The translations under genes were made by a program, and so were the position numbers. The notes below the pieces were generated by a model, which had not been told where the DNA came from, ran no database searches, and worked only from the letters and a program-made list of their open reading frames with translations. This document shows positions 23,712-35,450 of a stretch of DNA of 64,000 nucleotides, one piece after another (position 1 is the first letter of the stretch; the number at the start of each line of letters is the position of its first letter). The DNA is from Eledone cirrhosa (Eukaryota): NCBI GenBank assembly GCA_964016885.1, contig OZ024746.1, positions 11,966,001-12,030,000 of the forward strand, in the 5' to 3' direction.

Positions 23712-26530
23712 ATCAGAACAACCTGCCATCCCTTGCACATAATCATAGACTGGAATCAAAGTACAAACTGTTGTCCTTGAATGCACGTAGTCTATGCAAT
23801 AAGATTCATCTTTTTGACTCCTACGTCAAAAGTATCAACCCTGACTTCATTACAGTCATGGAAACTTGGGCACATCCCTTACTCTGTGATGGGGTTTTCA
23901 GCATGACTGGCTACAACCTGTTTCGTAAAGACCGCATTAATCGTCGTGGTGGTGGTGTAATGGTCTACGTTCGGTCAAATCTGTCGGCAATTCCTTGTGC
24001 TGATTTGAACCAATCACAGCAGGAAGTTTTTTTCTGCGATATACGTATGACCATGTCAACACTGCTACTTGGAGTCGTTTACCGTCCCCCAAATTACCAT
24101 CAGGACACTCAACTTTGTGATATCCTCAGAGCTGCTGCCAGGAAGACAGCCACTTATATTTTCATTGCAGGTGACTTCAATCACCCTGAGATTGACTGGG
24201 AGACCTTTCGTTGGCCGCCAAGTGCAAATGACTTCCTTGAGCTGGTGCTGGACTCGAGTTGGTCCCAGGTGGTCACCTCCCCAACGAGAGGTGACAACAC
24301 TTTGGACCTACTCTTCACCACTACTCCTGAAACGGTCATTAGTGTTACTGCTGAGGAATCTTTAGGTGACTCTGATCATGCTATGAGCATTGCCAATCTA
24401 TCCCCCATGGGCAGTAACAAGAACCACAACCATCTCCAAACTGCTCACTTTGACTGGAATAAAGCAGACTGGAACTGTTACTGCACCGAGTTGCAACGGC
24501 CAAACTGGCTTGAGTTCTATGACTCTGGAGATGTCAACACTGTACTCCAGAACATCCTGAGATCAATATGGACAGCATGTGCAGCATCGGTGCCACGTAA
24601 GCGGAAAAAACATCCTAAAAGCGCAATTTGGGAGACTGCAGCAGTCCGTCTTGCCAGAAAAGAACGGCGCAATGCTGAACGTGAGTACAAACTTCACAAA
24701 TCAGACATTAATAGGAAGAGGCGAAATAGATCGTCCAACCACCTCAAACAGGTGACAAAAAAGGCAGTGCTTCAATTTGAGCAGCGCATAGCAACCAGCC
24801 CTGACAGTAAGGTGTTCTGGAAGTATGTTCACTCAAAGCAGAGGCCTCACTCTCCAGTTGGACCTCTTCGCAATCCCCACACATGCCAGGTTACTGACGA
24901 CCCCAAGGAATGCGCAGAGCTCATTGCTGAATGCTATGCAGGTATTTTCACCATTGAAGACCAGAGTGTACCATCTCCACCACCTATGACACCGGACTCT
25001 ATTACAACCATGGAATTTACACCTGCAATGCTGCGACGTCACCTAAAAAATAAACGCAACCATGCCTCTCCTGGTCTTGATGGTGTTACGTACCTGCTTC
25101 TTAAACGTGGTGGGTACTTCCTTCTACACCAGTTATCACGCTTCTTCCAATTCTGTCTGAACAACAGTGCTACTCCAGAACAGTGGAAAACTGCCAGTGT
25201 CATTCCTCTGTTCAAAAAGGGTGACCGCACATCACCTGTGAACTATCGTCCAGTCAGTCTTACTAGTTGCATCGCCAAACTGATGGAATCCTGTGTCAGA
25301 GAAACACTTTGGAACTTCTGGAGCTCTCACAGTCTTATCCGGCCCTCGTAATTTGGATTTATCCCCAACTCCAGCTGCTGTGATCAACTTATAGAGTTTC
25401 TTGAGGACATCACCCGGATCACTGATGGCGGCTCATGGGTGGATGTTGTTTACCTTGACTTTGCGAAGGCCTTCAATTCTGTGCCACACAAAAGGCTTAT
25501 GGCAAAACTCTCTGCAATGGGTGTGAAGGATGATCTTTTTAACTGGTTGAAGTCCTTCATTCTCAGTCGAAGAGAGGTAGTCACGGTTCTGGGACAGCAT
25601 TCCTCACCATATGAGATGTCATCTGGTGTACCTCAGGGATCTGTTCTTGGCCCCCTTTTGTTTGTGGCATATATTAATGTCATAGATGCCAACTTAAGGA
25701 ATGCCACAGTACTAAAGTACGCAGACGACATCAAGCTGTACCTTGAGATAAAAAGGACAGATCCTGAACACTATAGATCTTGCTCGCAGTCTGACCTGGA
25801 CACAATGCAACAGTGGATCTCAGACTGGCAACTCAAGCTAGCTGTGGACAAGTGCACCACCATGCATTTTGGGAGTAAAAACCCAGCGTCCACATACTCC
25901 CTCCACAGCACTAATATCAAGAAGTCTTCCTGTGAACGTGACCTGGGCATTACGGTCAGCAGCGATTTGCGTTGGACGAGGCACGTCTCTAAAATTGTCA
26001 AGAGGGCCGAGGGTGTCTTAGCATCACTCAGCAAGACCTTTGTCAGCCGCTCTCCAGATATCTATTTAAGGCTGTATACAGCTATGGTGCGACCACACTT
26101 AGAATTTGCATCACCAGTCTGGAACCCCTATCTTGCTCAGGACATTGACCGCCTGGAAACTGTTCAGAGACGTGCAACCAAGCGAATACCCTCCATCAGG
26201 CATCTACCATACTCTGAGCGCCTTGCTTCCCTGGGCATGGATTCATTGAAGCTCCGACGCCTGGCAACTGACTTGGTAAACACCCACAAAATTGTTAACC
26301 ATGTTGCCAACAACAACCCTGAGTGCCTTTTCGATTTCCATGTGTCTAACACACGTGGACATGCCCACAAAGTAAGAAAACAGCACAGTTCCCATGACTT
26401 TCGGAAACATTTTTTCACGCTCAGAGTTGCTGAAGCATGGAACAAACTACCTGCATCAGTTGTTAGCTGTCGAGACACTGCATCCTTTAAGGCCTCCATG
26501 CTTCCCGAGATCCGCCAACACTACAGCTAA
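23693..26530 (+). pseudogene. CR1 ORF2 (APE endonuclease plus reverse transcriptase) with premature TAA at 25349-25351
   Basis: APE motifs LNARSL, ETW, GGGV, YRPP, GDFN, LDL, SDH. RT motifs SPGLDG, NYRPVSLTS, YLDFAKAF, GVPQGSVLGPLLF, YADD, ERDLG, VRPHLEFASPVWNP, VQRRATK, NTRGH. The stop falls on the Q of the conserved Q-x-GF. Confidence 0.92.
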
Positions 26531-27224
26531 CACATACAAACATGTACTTCCCTGGCATTTGTGTATTATTCTATGTACTATATTGACGAGTTGTAGTGCA
26601 CCTGAGCACTTTACACAATAATTTCATTATTATAGATTTTAGGGTGTGTCGTAATCTGGAGGATTAAGTTGGAGTTTCCCACTCGGTGAGCCTGCCAGGT
26701 GTTATATCCGGTTCTCATACCATGTTATTTTATGTACATTACTTTTGTGTGCTCGATAAATATTTTAACCAGACAGTTGGGAATTTAACACTTCTTGGTA
26801 ACCGCCTAGTTTTATTATTTTCTTTGTAACGTCTTGGATTTTTCATGTAATGATATAACTTCCCATATGTTGCGATTGTTTTATCACCACCATTTATATT
26901 TGTTGTAAGCGGACAGATCTTTTCTGGAGAAATATTTTCTATCCACTAACAACTAGTCAACGCTATGGTATATAAACACATGCAACCCCTAGTGAAATCA
27001 GGGATACACCAAATATATAGACAAAAAAAAACACCAACAAAACATTAAGCAAATCAATAACAAGATGAGTAAATTAAAACCCTATTTTTATTTATCCTAC
27101 TTAAGAGCAATATAATATAAATATAGAGAGAAACACCAACATACACGTTCTCTCCAATAAAGAAAGTAAGTTAAAGGGACGTATGTATGTTTATATGTAA
27201 TGTAAAAGTGTGTGTTTATGTGCA

Positions 27225-27476
27225 GAACATCGGTCGCTTTGTGATAGGTTTGTGGTTGAGCCTGTGGCAGTAGGGACGTCTAGCGTTCTTGACCCTCGGA
27301 CCACATCAGTGATATCGGGGTGGAGTTAGCTACCTGTGAGGTGGAGTGGCTGTTCCAGCGTGTCGTCCTCGCCATTCTCCTGGGCAATGTCTTCTCCATT
27401 CTGTCGGCCGGGACCACAAAGCGGACTGACCCTTGGACAGTGAGTGGTATGTACAGACCACACACACACACACACA
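27225..27476 (+). mobile_element. CRE-like (RLE) retrotransposon 3' remnant ending at a (CA)n tract
   Basis: RSLCDRFVVEPVAVGTS...EWLFQRVVLAILLGNVFSIL, homologous to the C-terminus at 28040-28240. Confidence 0.65.
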
Positions 27477-27539
27477 AAACATTATGACCCTGCAATTTTA
27501 AATATACATAAGGCCACCTTCGACTCCCTCTTCGTCTAG

Positions 27540-28596
27540 TCAGATCAGTTTGCAAGGTGCCGATTACTATCTGCCAGCGCCAAATACTCAGGCAAATGGG
27601 TCGATGCCCTACACGTGGCCAACGTTGGTGGCCTACTTAGCCTGGACGAACTTCGTGTCTCCATCGCCCTCAGAGTGGGAGCCGACGTCTGCATGGGTTT
27701 GAGGTGCCGATGCGGCAAACTCCTCGACTCTACAGGCCTCCACGGTTTTTCTTGCCGGCCGCTTCGCGCGTCACACGGAGCTAAACCTCATTCTGAAGAG
27801 AGCTTTGGCCCGGGCGAATATCTCCTCAGTCTCGGAACCATCTGGGTTGTCCAGAAGTGACGGCAAAAGACCTGACGGTCTTACCCTGTGCCCCTGGTCG
27901 AGAGGCAGGTGCCTTGTCTGGGACGTCACTGTTAGTGACTCCTTTGCTCTTTCCCACATCCTGGATGCTGCGGTTAGGACGAGAGCCACAGCTTCTGCAG
28001 CCGAGCCGAGTGAGACCCTCAAACTCTGATCTGTCGGCGGCCAGCTACATTTTTCAGCCTGTGGCTTTCGAGACGTTTGGGGGAGTCGGGCCGCTGACTG
28101 CGAGGTTCCTTTCCTCACTGGCGGCTCGCCTAATAGAGGTGACTGGCGAATCTCGCGAGGGTACTTGGCTGTTTCAGCGCATCAGCCTCGCCATCACCCG
28201 AGGCAACGCTGCGAGTGTGCTGGCTTGCCTAAAAAATCATTAGAGAGGTTGCCCAGTACTCGCGACGTTGCTGTCTTTTGCTCTGGTGTTGGTTCCGTTG
28301 TTCACCCCTTCTTTTACATTTTCTTTAATATTGTAGCATTGAAGGAATATATCTTTCATTGTATCATCCTTTGTAGTGTTACCGAACCATTTGTAATGTT
28401 ATTTATGTATATATTTAAAACATATTTGTTATGTACTGTAAATTTATTTATATGCTCTGTTTATATTTTCATTCTGAAGGAATTGCAAACGATTTGTAAT
28501 GTTGTTTGTGCAACTATGAAGTATCAATTGTATTATAGGTGTTTATATTTTCATTCTGTAAGAATTATAAACAATAAAATGATTATATTTAAATAG
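27540..28596 (+). mobile_element. 5'-truncated CRE-clade non-LTR retrotransposon (CCHC finger, restriction-like endonuclease, 3' UTR)
   Basis: SGKWVDAL...LRVSIALRVG...CRCGKLLDSTGLHGFSC, ARHTELN, KRPDGLTLCPWSRGRCLVWDVTVSD, FQPVAFETFG, WLFQRISLAITRGNAASV* across two frameshifts. AT-rich UTR with AATAAA near 28574. Confidence 0.8.
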
Positions 28597-28989
28597 CAGC
28601 CTATCAGCTGTACCGCCTTCTTAACTTGTCATCTCGGTTGATCCTAGTAACCTTGACGGAAACGTTCCACGACATAAGACTAAGATAGACATTGATACAA
28701 GTGGCGAAGTCGGGTGCTAAGATGTTAAGCATATATGTGAGATGAAATGGTTATGATAGCTTGTATAGCAGACCAGTCCAACATATGCCAGCAAAGAAAA
28801 AGAAATGTTAAAATGACATCTATGACAATGATGACAACGACAAAGAAAGAGGAATAATACTTTGATAGAGCATAATTCTTTATATCAACGATACGTGAAT
28901 CTTACTTAGGACTTGAAAAATATATATTTAAAATAAGGAAACGGCGGCTTGCAAAATACAATTCCAACCACCATGAAAACGGCATAGGG

Positions 28990-29270
28990 AATTATCTCTC
29001 TTCTCGACGACTATAGTCTGTCTCGAGCCTAGAAGTTCATCAGGCAGATGCTTATCTCGGTTTCCGTGGCGTGAAGCGACTGAGAGTACAAAATACCCCC
29101 TGGACTTTGCGCCAGTCCATCGCAGAGTTAACTCCCCCCTCCAGTTATTGCTGGTACTCATTTTCATCTGTGTATACTGGAGCAATGTAAAATGAAGTAT
29201 TTTATTCAAGAACACAACACACAACCCAGTCTAGGAATCGAACCCACGCCACTAAGCCACATACCTCCAG
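28990..29270 (-). mobile_element. tRNA-derived SINE, family B (CORE-like plus ctgcgatggactggc segment)
   Basis: On the minus strand: TGGCTTAGTGG, GGTTCGATTCC, ttcttgaataaaatactt, aaatgagtaccagcaa and ctgcgatggactggcg. Matches 35180-35430. Confidence 0.7.
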
Positions 29271-29569
29271 TTGAGGCTTCTCGACAAATTCAGCCTTAAT
29301 ACTAATTTTATAACTTACCCCACTATATTATCGTACAGTAACTACAGAGGGAGATATAGAAAGAAAGAGTATTGGAGGAAACCATTTAATGTCTCAACAG
29401 GTAAGGTGAGTCTCTTCTGCACTTCATATCACCAGACTAATGGAGATCGAACAATTCGACTTCCGACGTGCCTAACAACTTCGTTAAGCCTTCTTTCACT
29501 CAATACACACAGACATATATATTAGCATAAAACATTTAAAAAACGACTGGGCGTATAGTAAAATGAATA

Positions 29570-29760
29570 CTTGATGAAATAATACCTTATCACTAAATTG
29601 GGACCAGGTCAGCTTTCTGTCTGCTACGAGTACCATGTAATCGAGTACAACCTGCTTCAGGGTCGAGAGGTCAGTGACTAAACTAGAGTCTGGTGAGGAA
29701 GGTAAGTAGAACCACAGCAGCACAAAAACAAGAGCTGCTAAAAGGGCGTCAACAGCCATC
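29570..29760 (-). mobile_element. Decayed LINE RT C-terminal remnant (I/Jockey-like)
   Basis: YMVLVADRKLTWSQF resembles the conserved YLGxxxDxKLTWxxH motif. Confidence 0.35.
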
Positions 29761-30084
29761 CACCCGCAATTGGCCCAGCGTGGTGAGTACAGCTACATCC
29801 TTGACAACCAAAACCAAACAGAAAGCGATTGAGTATAGGGTAAGATAAGGAAATTGACATGAACACACAAAGTTGATATTTGTGTTGTCAATTTCACTGT
29901 ATCAATTTATAAAGCATTGCCTTGTGTTTGTCTATTTCGTTGTTCACTTAAGTATAGTATACCGCCTGTTAATGTTATATGTCAGCATAACATTGGCCTC
30001 CTATAATCACTTTCTCACAACAGTAAAGAAAAAAGAGCTGGGTCACGTAACAAGGTCCTGCGGTCTGACGACATGGTATTACTT

Positions 30085-30830
30085 AACTCGACAGAGTTGA
30101 TCTTCGACTTGCACTTGATAGGTTTGATGCCGAGTGCTGCATGGCTGACATGAAAATCAGTGCTGCGAAAACTGAAACACTCGTCCTCTCAAGGAAGCCT
30201 GCACAGTGCACTCTACATATGAATGGAGTTCCACTGAAGCAGGTGGAGAAGTTCATGTATCCCGGGGCCATATTCACGAATAATGGAAGGCAGGAGGCCG
30301 AATTAAGCGCAAGAATTGCAGGAGCTGGTGCAGTAATGCGCCATCTATTATTCGGTAATCAGAAGAAGGGAGGTAGGTATAAAAGCCAAACTCGCTATTC
30401 GTACTAACCCTTAAGGTAATGAATCTAGAGTAATGACCGAAAGAATACGATCGCGAATACAAGCAGCCGAAATGGGGTCCCTCCGAAGAGTCTTTCGAGT
30501 AACGTTACTCGACAGAGTGCATAGTTCAGAGATCAGAGAGTCACTCCGGGTAGAGCAGCTACTTCTCCGAATTGAGAGATCACAGCTCTGATACTGAGGG
30601 CATGTGGTTAGAATGTCTCAGGAAAGAATTGCTGGACAGATTTTACGGGCAAAACCAACCGACAGGCAACCCAGGTGTAGGCCCCGAACAAGATGGTTGG
30701 ATAACATCCATGCGCTTGGCTGGTCTCGCTTAGGGATCCAGCCGGATCGATTGGCAGTGGGTGCTTCTGTTATGACTCGCTGGCAGGAGTGTTTGAGGAC
30801 TCTGCGCGCAACGACCCTTTCAGGAATAAG
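30085..30830 (+). mobile_element. 5'-truncated RTE-clade LINE (second family, Expander/Rex3-like)
   Basis: MKISAAKTE...LKQVEKFMYPG...RIAGAGAVMR, MTERIRSRIQAAEMG, IERSQL, GHVVRM, RPRTRWLD. Contains frameshifts. Confidence 0.8.
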
Positions 30831-31088
30831 TGCTTTTCATCCATTTCAGGTCGATAAAAATGTACCAGTCACGTACTGGGTCGATTCTTCCTCTATATCT
30901 CTTTTTAAGTTCTATTCTCTCACTCTCTAACCGTCTCTGTGAGAAATCTGCTGTATTCAGACCTGGAGAGGAGATGGACTCTGTCAGGTTTTAAAAAATG
31001 CTCTAGAAACGCTGTATGTCAGTACGGCGTCCCTACGACTCCTTCAGGAGTCACGGAACCATGCATGCATTTATACACACACACACAC

Positions 31089-31514
31089 ACTCGAGTTCCA
31101 AATAATAGGGTGGTGGTGGAATAAGTGTGGTGGTTGGAAAATCGGTAAATTTTTTCTAGGTTGTCTCCGTTGATTTAAAAAAAACAAAAAAAACCCAGAA
31201 TTAGTCGTTTAGTTTACATATTGAGACCCCCCCCCCCCACCTATCCTATTTATTTTATAACCTATGGGATTTCTATTAATGTACTTTTTTTGTCATGTAT
31301 AACCTGTTTTAATGAACAAATAAAATTAATTGTCGCAGGAAAGCTGCCACTTAAAATAAAATTTCGCCGGAGACAGATTAGCTATAAAGAAATATATATT
31401 AAATAAGCGCGAGCGCATAGGGGTGGGTGGAATAATAGCAGGGTGGGTGGTGAGGGTGGGTGGAATAATAGCAGGGTGGGTGGTGAGGGTGGACGATTAT
31501 TCGAAACCTGAGAG
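31089..31514. mobile_element. Tc1/mariner-pogo-type MITE
   Basis: Inverted termini ctcgagttccaaataat and attattcgaaacctgagag, with TA on the right flank and subterminal ggtggaataa repeats. Confidence 0.6.
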
Positions 31515-32183
31515 TATATATATATATATATACAAAAATGAATGAACGTGTGTGTGCATATATATATATATAATATATAATTATATAATATCTGATTATA
31601 TAACATACATATATATATATCGATACATTTCTTTATAGACAGACACGCCACATACATACACATATATAAACGTGCATGCTTACTTCTATACACACATATA
31701 TATTTGGATATATTCACAAAATATACCCCTTAGACTGAACGATCTAAATTGCATAAGATTTTAAATGTGAGCGCAACATGTATATATTCCTAACTGTAAT
31801 TTCCCAATTGAAGAGGAAAAATTGAAAATACATCACGCATATTGTATCCTAATTTTGATCGTGATATATATACAGGTTGTCCCCCCCCCCCCCCAAAAAA
31901 AAAATGTATATCTACTTCAACAGCATTCTAATAAATATGTGTATATATTTTTGTGGGACACCATGTATATAATAATTATATATATATATATAAATGCATG
32001 TATATATGTATATTTAAATATATGTAGCCATGATTAAGACCGTATATATATACACATATATATAAGCGCACCTAAGTCCAAGTGTCCATCGAAATAACAA
32101 CAAGCTGAGAGAAAGAGAGGTCAAAGTGCATTAGAGGCGTAGTAGGAGTGGTAGCAGGAAGAGGAATGAAAGCGATGACCAGT

Positions 32184-32196
32184 TGACGTCACGTGA
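32184..32196. promoter_or_regulatory. Overlapping CRE (TGACGTCA) and E-box (GTCACGTGA) in the putative DOCK promoter
   Basis: TGACGTCACGTGA in unique, locally CpG-containing sequence ~820 nt upstream of the DOCK ATG. Confidence 0.6.
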
Positions 32197-33010
32197 TTCC
32201 GCTCTATTCGGCGCAACTTGTCTTCTCCTTCCTATATTACTCCCTACGAAAGAAGAAGAAGACGCACAGACACTGTCAAGTTCGTCCTTGTGTGTTTACC
32301 ACTTCGTTTCAATCGCTCTCTTCTTCCCCAACCACCTCCTCCTCTGCTACTAAGCATCTACCAACTATCATCAGCATGTATGGCTGCTGCACCACCACCA
32401 CCAGCAGTAGTAGTAACAGTAGCAGCAGCAGCAAGAGAAGAATTAATAGCAGCAGCAACTGGTGCTGCAATAGTTTGTGATAGTGGCAGCTCTAGAAGTC
32501 TTGCCTTGGGGGGTCATTGAAGATGTGACACCCACAAACACATTTATATACATACATTATTTCTAAAACATAACATTTATGCACTGTTCTCTCTTAAAAA
32601 ATATAAATGTATATATATATATATATTACACTAGTGTAATTTGAAGATAAAAAAAAAAACGTACATGTATATCAACACATCAATCAAGTTCTCTCTATAT
32701 ATACTTATTGATGAAGACAAAATTTGTGGAGGATAAACAGGAATGTTATTAAACTAATAATTTAAAAGGTGTCCCTTCCTTTCCCTTTCCCTTTCTCCTT
32801 TTTACCCGCTCCAACACAAATTTATCCCCATTTTTTCCTGTAATTTCATTAAGGCAGTATCTTGACGGGAGAGGAAGATTCTATTCATTATAGCTTTCGC
32901 TAAAAAGCTGTTCTTGGATATAACACGCTTTTGTGGGTTTACTTACTGCTTGCTTTCCATTCTCTCAGTCTCCCATTCAGTCGGATCTATGGAGCAATAC
33001 TAGCAGCGAC

Positions 33011-33059
33011 ATGGGAGATGAGAGTGTATGGAAACCCTCGAAAGAGAAGTACGGTGTAG
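33011..33059 (+). CDS. DOCK1: First coding exon of a DOCK-A/B family Rac GEF (DOCK1/2/5 or DOCK3/4 type), start of the N-terminal SH3
   Basis: Encodes MGDESVWKPSKEKYGV plus one G, then a perfect donor AG|GTAAGT (phase 1). Matches recalled DOCK N-termini (DOCK1 MTRWVPTKREEKYGVA, DOCK4 MWIPTEHEKYGVV) and their intron right after KYGV. Good Kozak context gacATGG. The paralog cannot be resolved from 16 aa, so the symbol is provisional. Confidence 0.75.
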
Positions 33060-35129
33060 GTAAGTGGTATCCCCAATGTCTTCTTACTCGGTGTCTTACT
33101 ATACAATGTATATGTCAGTACCCATGTATATGTAATATGTATCTGTAATGTGTAAATAATATTTATATAATTATATTCGCTTCCACTGATGCATCATTGT
33201 TTCTATACGTGTTTATGTGTAATTGTGTTTTATGAGAATCCGTTGTTTAATCCAATTACATGCGTATGTATGTGTTAATGTAAACGCCTGTTAGCTTATC
33301 TAATAAAATGTCTATGTTTATGACAAAGGAAATAACTTTTCAAATCAATAACTGCTATAAACTTCCACAAGCAGAAATATATAGACACTGACGAAGATTG
33401 AATTTAAACAGATCCTGGACAGATTTGGACTTTTAACGGATTCTCCGAAATAAACTCTTCATGGTGTGTGTGTAAGCCTGTTAATTTATCTGTCAACACT
33501 GTGTGTATGCACCTTCAAACACCACAATTACATACATGTGTGTTTTCTCCGTATTTAAATGTTTATTTATTCATATTTCATGATTTAAAAACACAGTTTC
33601 TATTCTTCCCAATTTAATTCCCTTTTATTTATGTACCCGGGAAAGCCACTGACTGAATCTAAAACATCCCACTTTCTCGTAAATATTTAAGGCTTCAGGC
33701 TTAAGTTGTGTGTGTGGTTTACATATATCTATATATGTCAGTTTCTTAACGTATTTCCATGTGGATATATTTTCCATAACCAAAAAGAACTTAAGTCTTT
33801 CTCTCAATTATAATCTATATCTAGCCCCTTTAAGCCATCGGAGTGTTTTTGTTTGTCTTTTTCTTATTTTTTTAAATCGTAAAATGTACATTATCTAGTA
33901 GTTTGTGTTAAAGCCGAATAAATAAAAACAATCCATGTATATTGTCATATGCACACACCCTCCTTGAAATGTTCTCGCAAAACTGTGATCCTGTTTTCAA
34001 CTGAAACATATTATAGTTGTCAATTCAACTATTATAGATCTTATGCTAAGGGGTTTGATGTCTATTTTTAAGATGTATCTTCGGACTAGATACATTTTAT
34101 CTTTGGAAACGTTTCTTTTGCGTAAATATGACAAATAAACGCACACAGACACACACGCAAAAACACGATTGCTGGACTGTTCATTTTCCTATAGCATTGG
34201 CCAACGAATTGTTATGATATCGAATCATGGGAAGGAATTATTACTAATTATACTTGTCAATTTCAAAGCTTTCTCTTCTTACTGTTTGATTCAAATTTAT
34301 ACGCACGTATGTATTTACACACAAACACTGTCCGGCCGTATGATTTATCGAAGTATATTTTCAACCAAAAAAAAAAAAAAAATGACAGCGCATAAAAAAA
34401 ACCTACATCCGTATATAAATAAATATGTATATGTCAATACACAATTAAACATACACATCCATTCATACATAGAATATAATTTACCTCACTGATTTGTTAA
34501 ACATATACACATGCACACACACACGCACACACACATATATATATATATGCAAAGTTTTATTTAAATTGTTGGGTTACGAGTAAATATTTATAACTGATAT
34601 AAAAGCACTCAACAAGTATTTGGAGTATATTTACGATATTAAATAAATGGAAACTATATTTATAAAACTATATTTATAAAACTATATTTATTTATATATA
34701 TATTTATACAAACATACATGGATGTAGCAATCCAAATATCCGCTTTACTTATGCTAGATTTTCAAGCTTATTTCAAGTCGCACGAGTTTAAAACTCATCG
34801 TTTGGGACACGTGCTCTCTGATGGTAATTTCTACCTAAATTTTCACGTTGTTTGTCTCCACAATTTATACGCCTATTCCCTATATTTTGTGTAAATCGCT
34901 ATAACCTGTAATGCTGACAATGTGTATGATATCCCGAGCAATCTCCTATCTTTTATGTTACACACACATACATACTTAGTATTATATTCTCTACTTTGGT
35001 ATTGAGCACTCTTTTCCTTATGTTTCTATATTCTAAACGCTCGGAAATTATATATATATATATATAATATATGTAAAAGGTAAACAGAAACAACAACACA
35101 ATCGGTACAGTATATGGAAGGTATATATT

Positions 35130-35450
35130 AGGAGGCACTTGGTAAAGGTGTTGAACTTGCGAATAACTTCATTTCACGGCTCCAGTATACTCGGCTGAAA
35201 ATGAGTACCAGCAATAGTTGGGGGTTTAACCCTGCGATGGACTGGCGTCATGTCCAGGAGGGAGTCTTGTACTCTCAGTCGCTTCACGCCATGAAACAGG
35301 GATAAGCACCAGCTATAGCTGGGGGTTTAACCCTGCGATGGACTGGCGTCATGTCCAGGAGGGAGTCTTGTACTCTGTCGCTTCACGCCATGAAACAGGG
35401 ATAAGCACCGGCCAAATGAGCCTTCTGGCTCTTAAGACAAGCTTTAGACT
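35130..35450 (+). mobile_element. Family-B SINE with an internal ~100-bp tandem duplication
   Basis: tgggggtttaaccctgcgatggactggcgtcatgtccagg...gggataagcacc occurs at ~35220 and ~35320. Confidence 0.75.

Larger units (their letters stand above)
22430..26633 (+). mobile_element. Near-intact full-length CR1-clade LINE
   Basis: Two long ORFs, each with only one in-frame stop. ~100-nt 3' UTR ending ttcattattat. More GC-rich than the flanks. The 5' boundary is approximate and there is no clear TSD. Confidence 0.92.

Noticed and set aside
26634-26960. Possible solo LTR after the CR1 tail
   Set aside because: I could not find matching TG...CA termini or a TSD.
32193-32520. Two ~100-aa low-complexity ORFs downstream of the CRE site
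   Set aside because: Non-ATG starts and simple-repeat content with no recognisable homology. More consistent with a 5' UTR.
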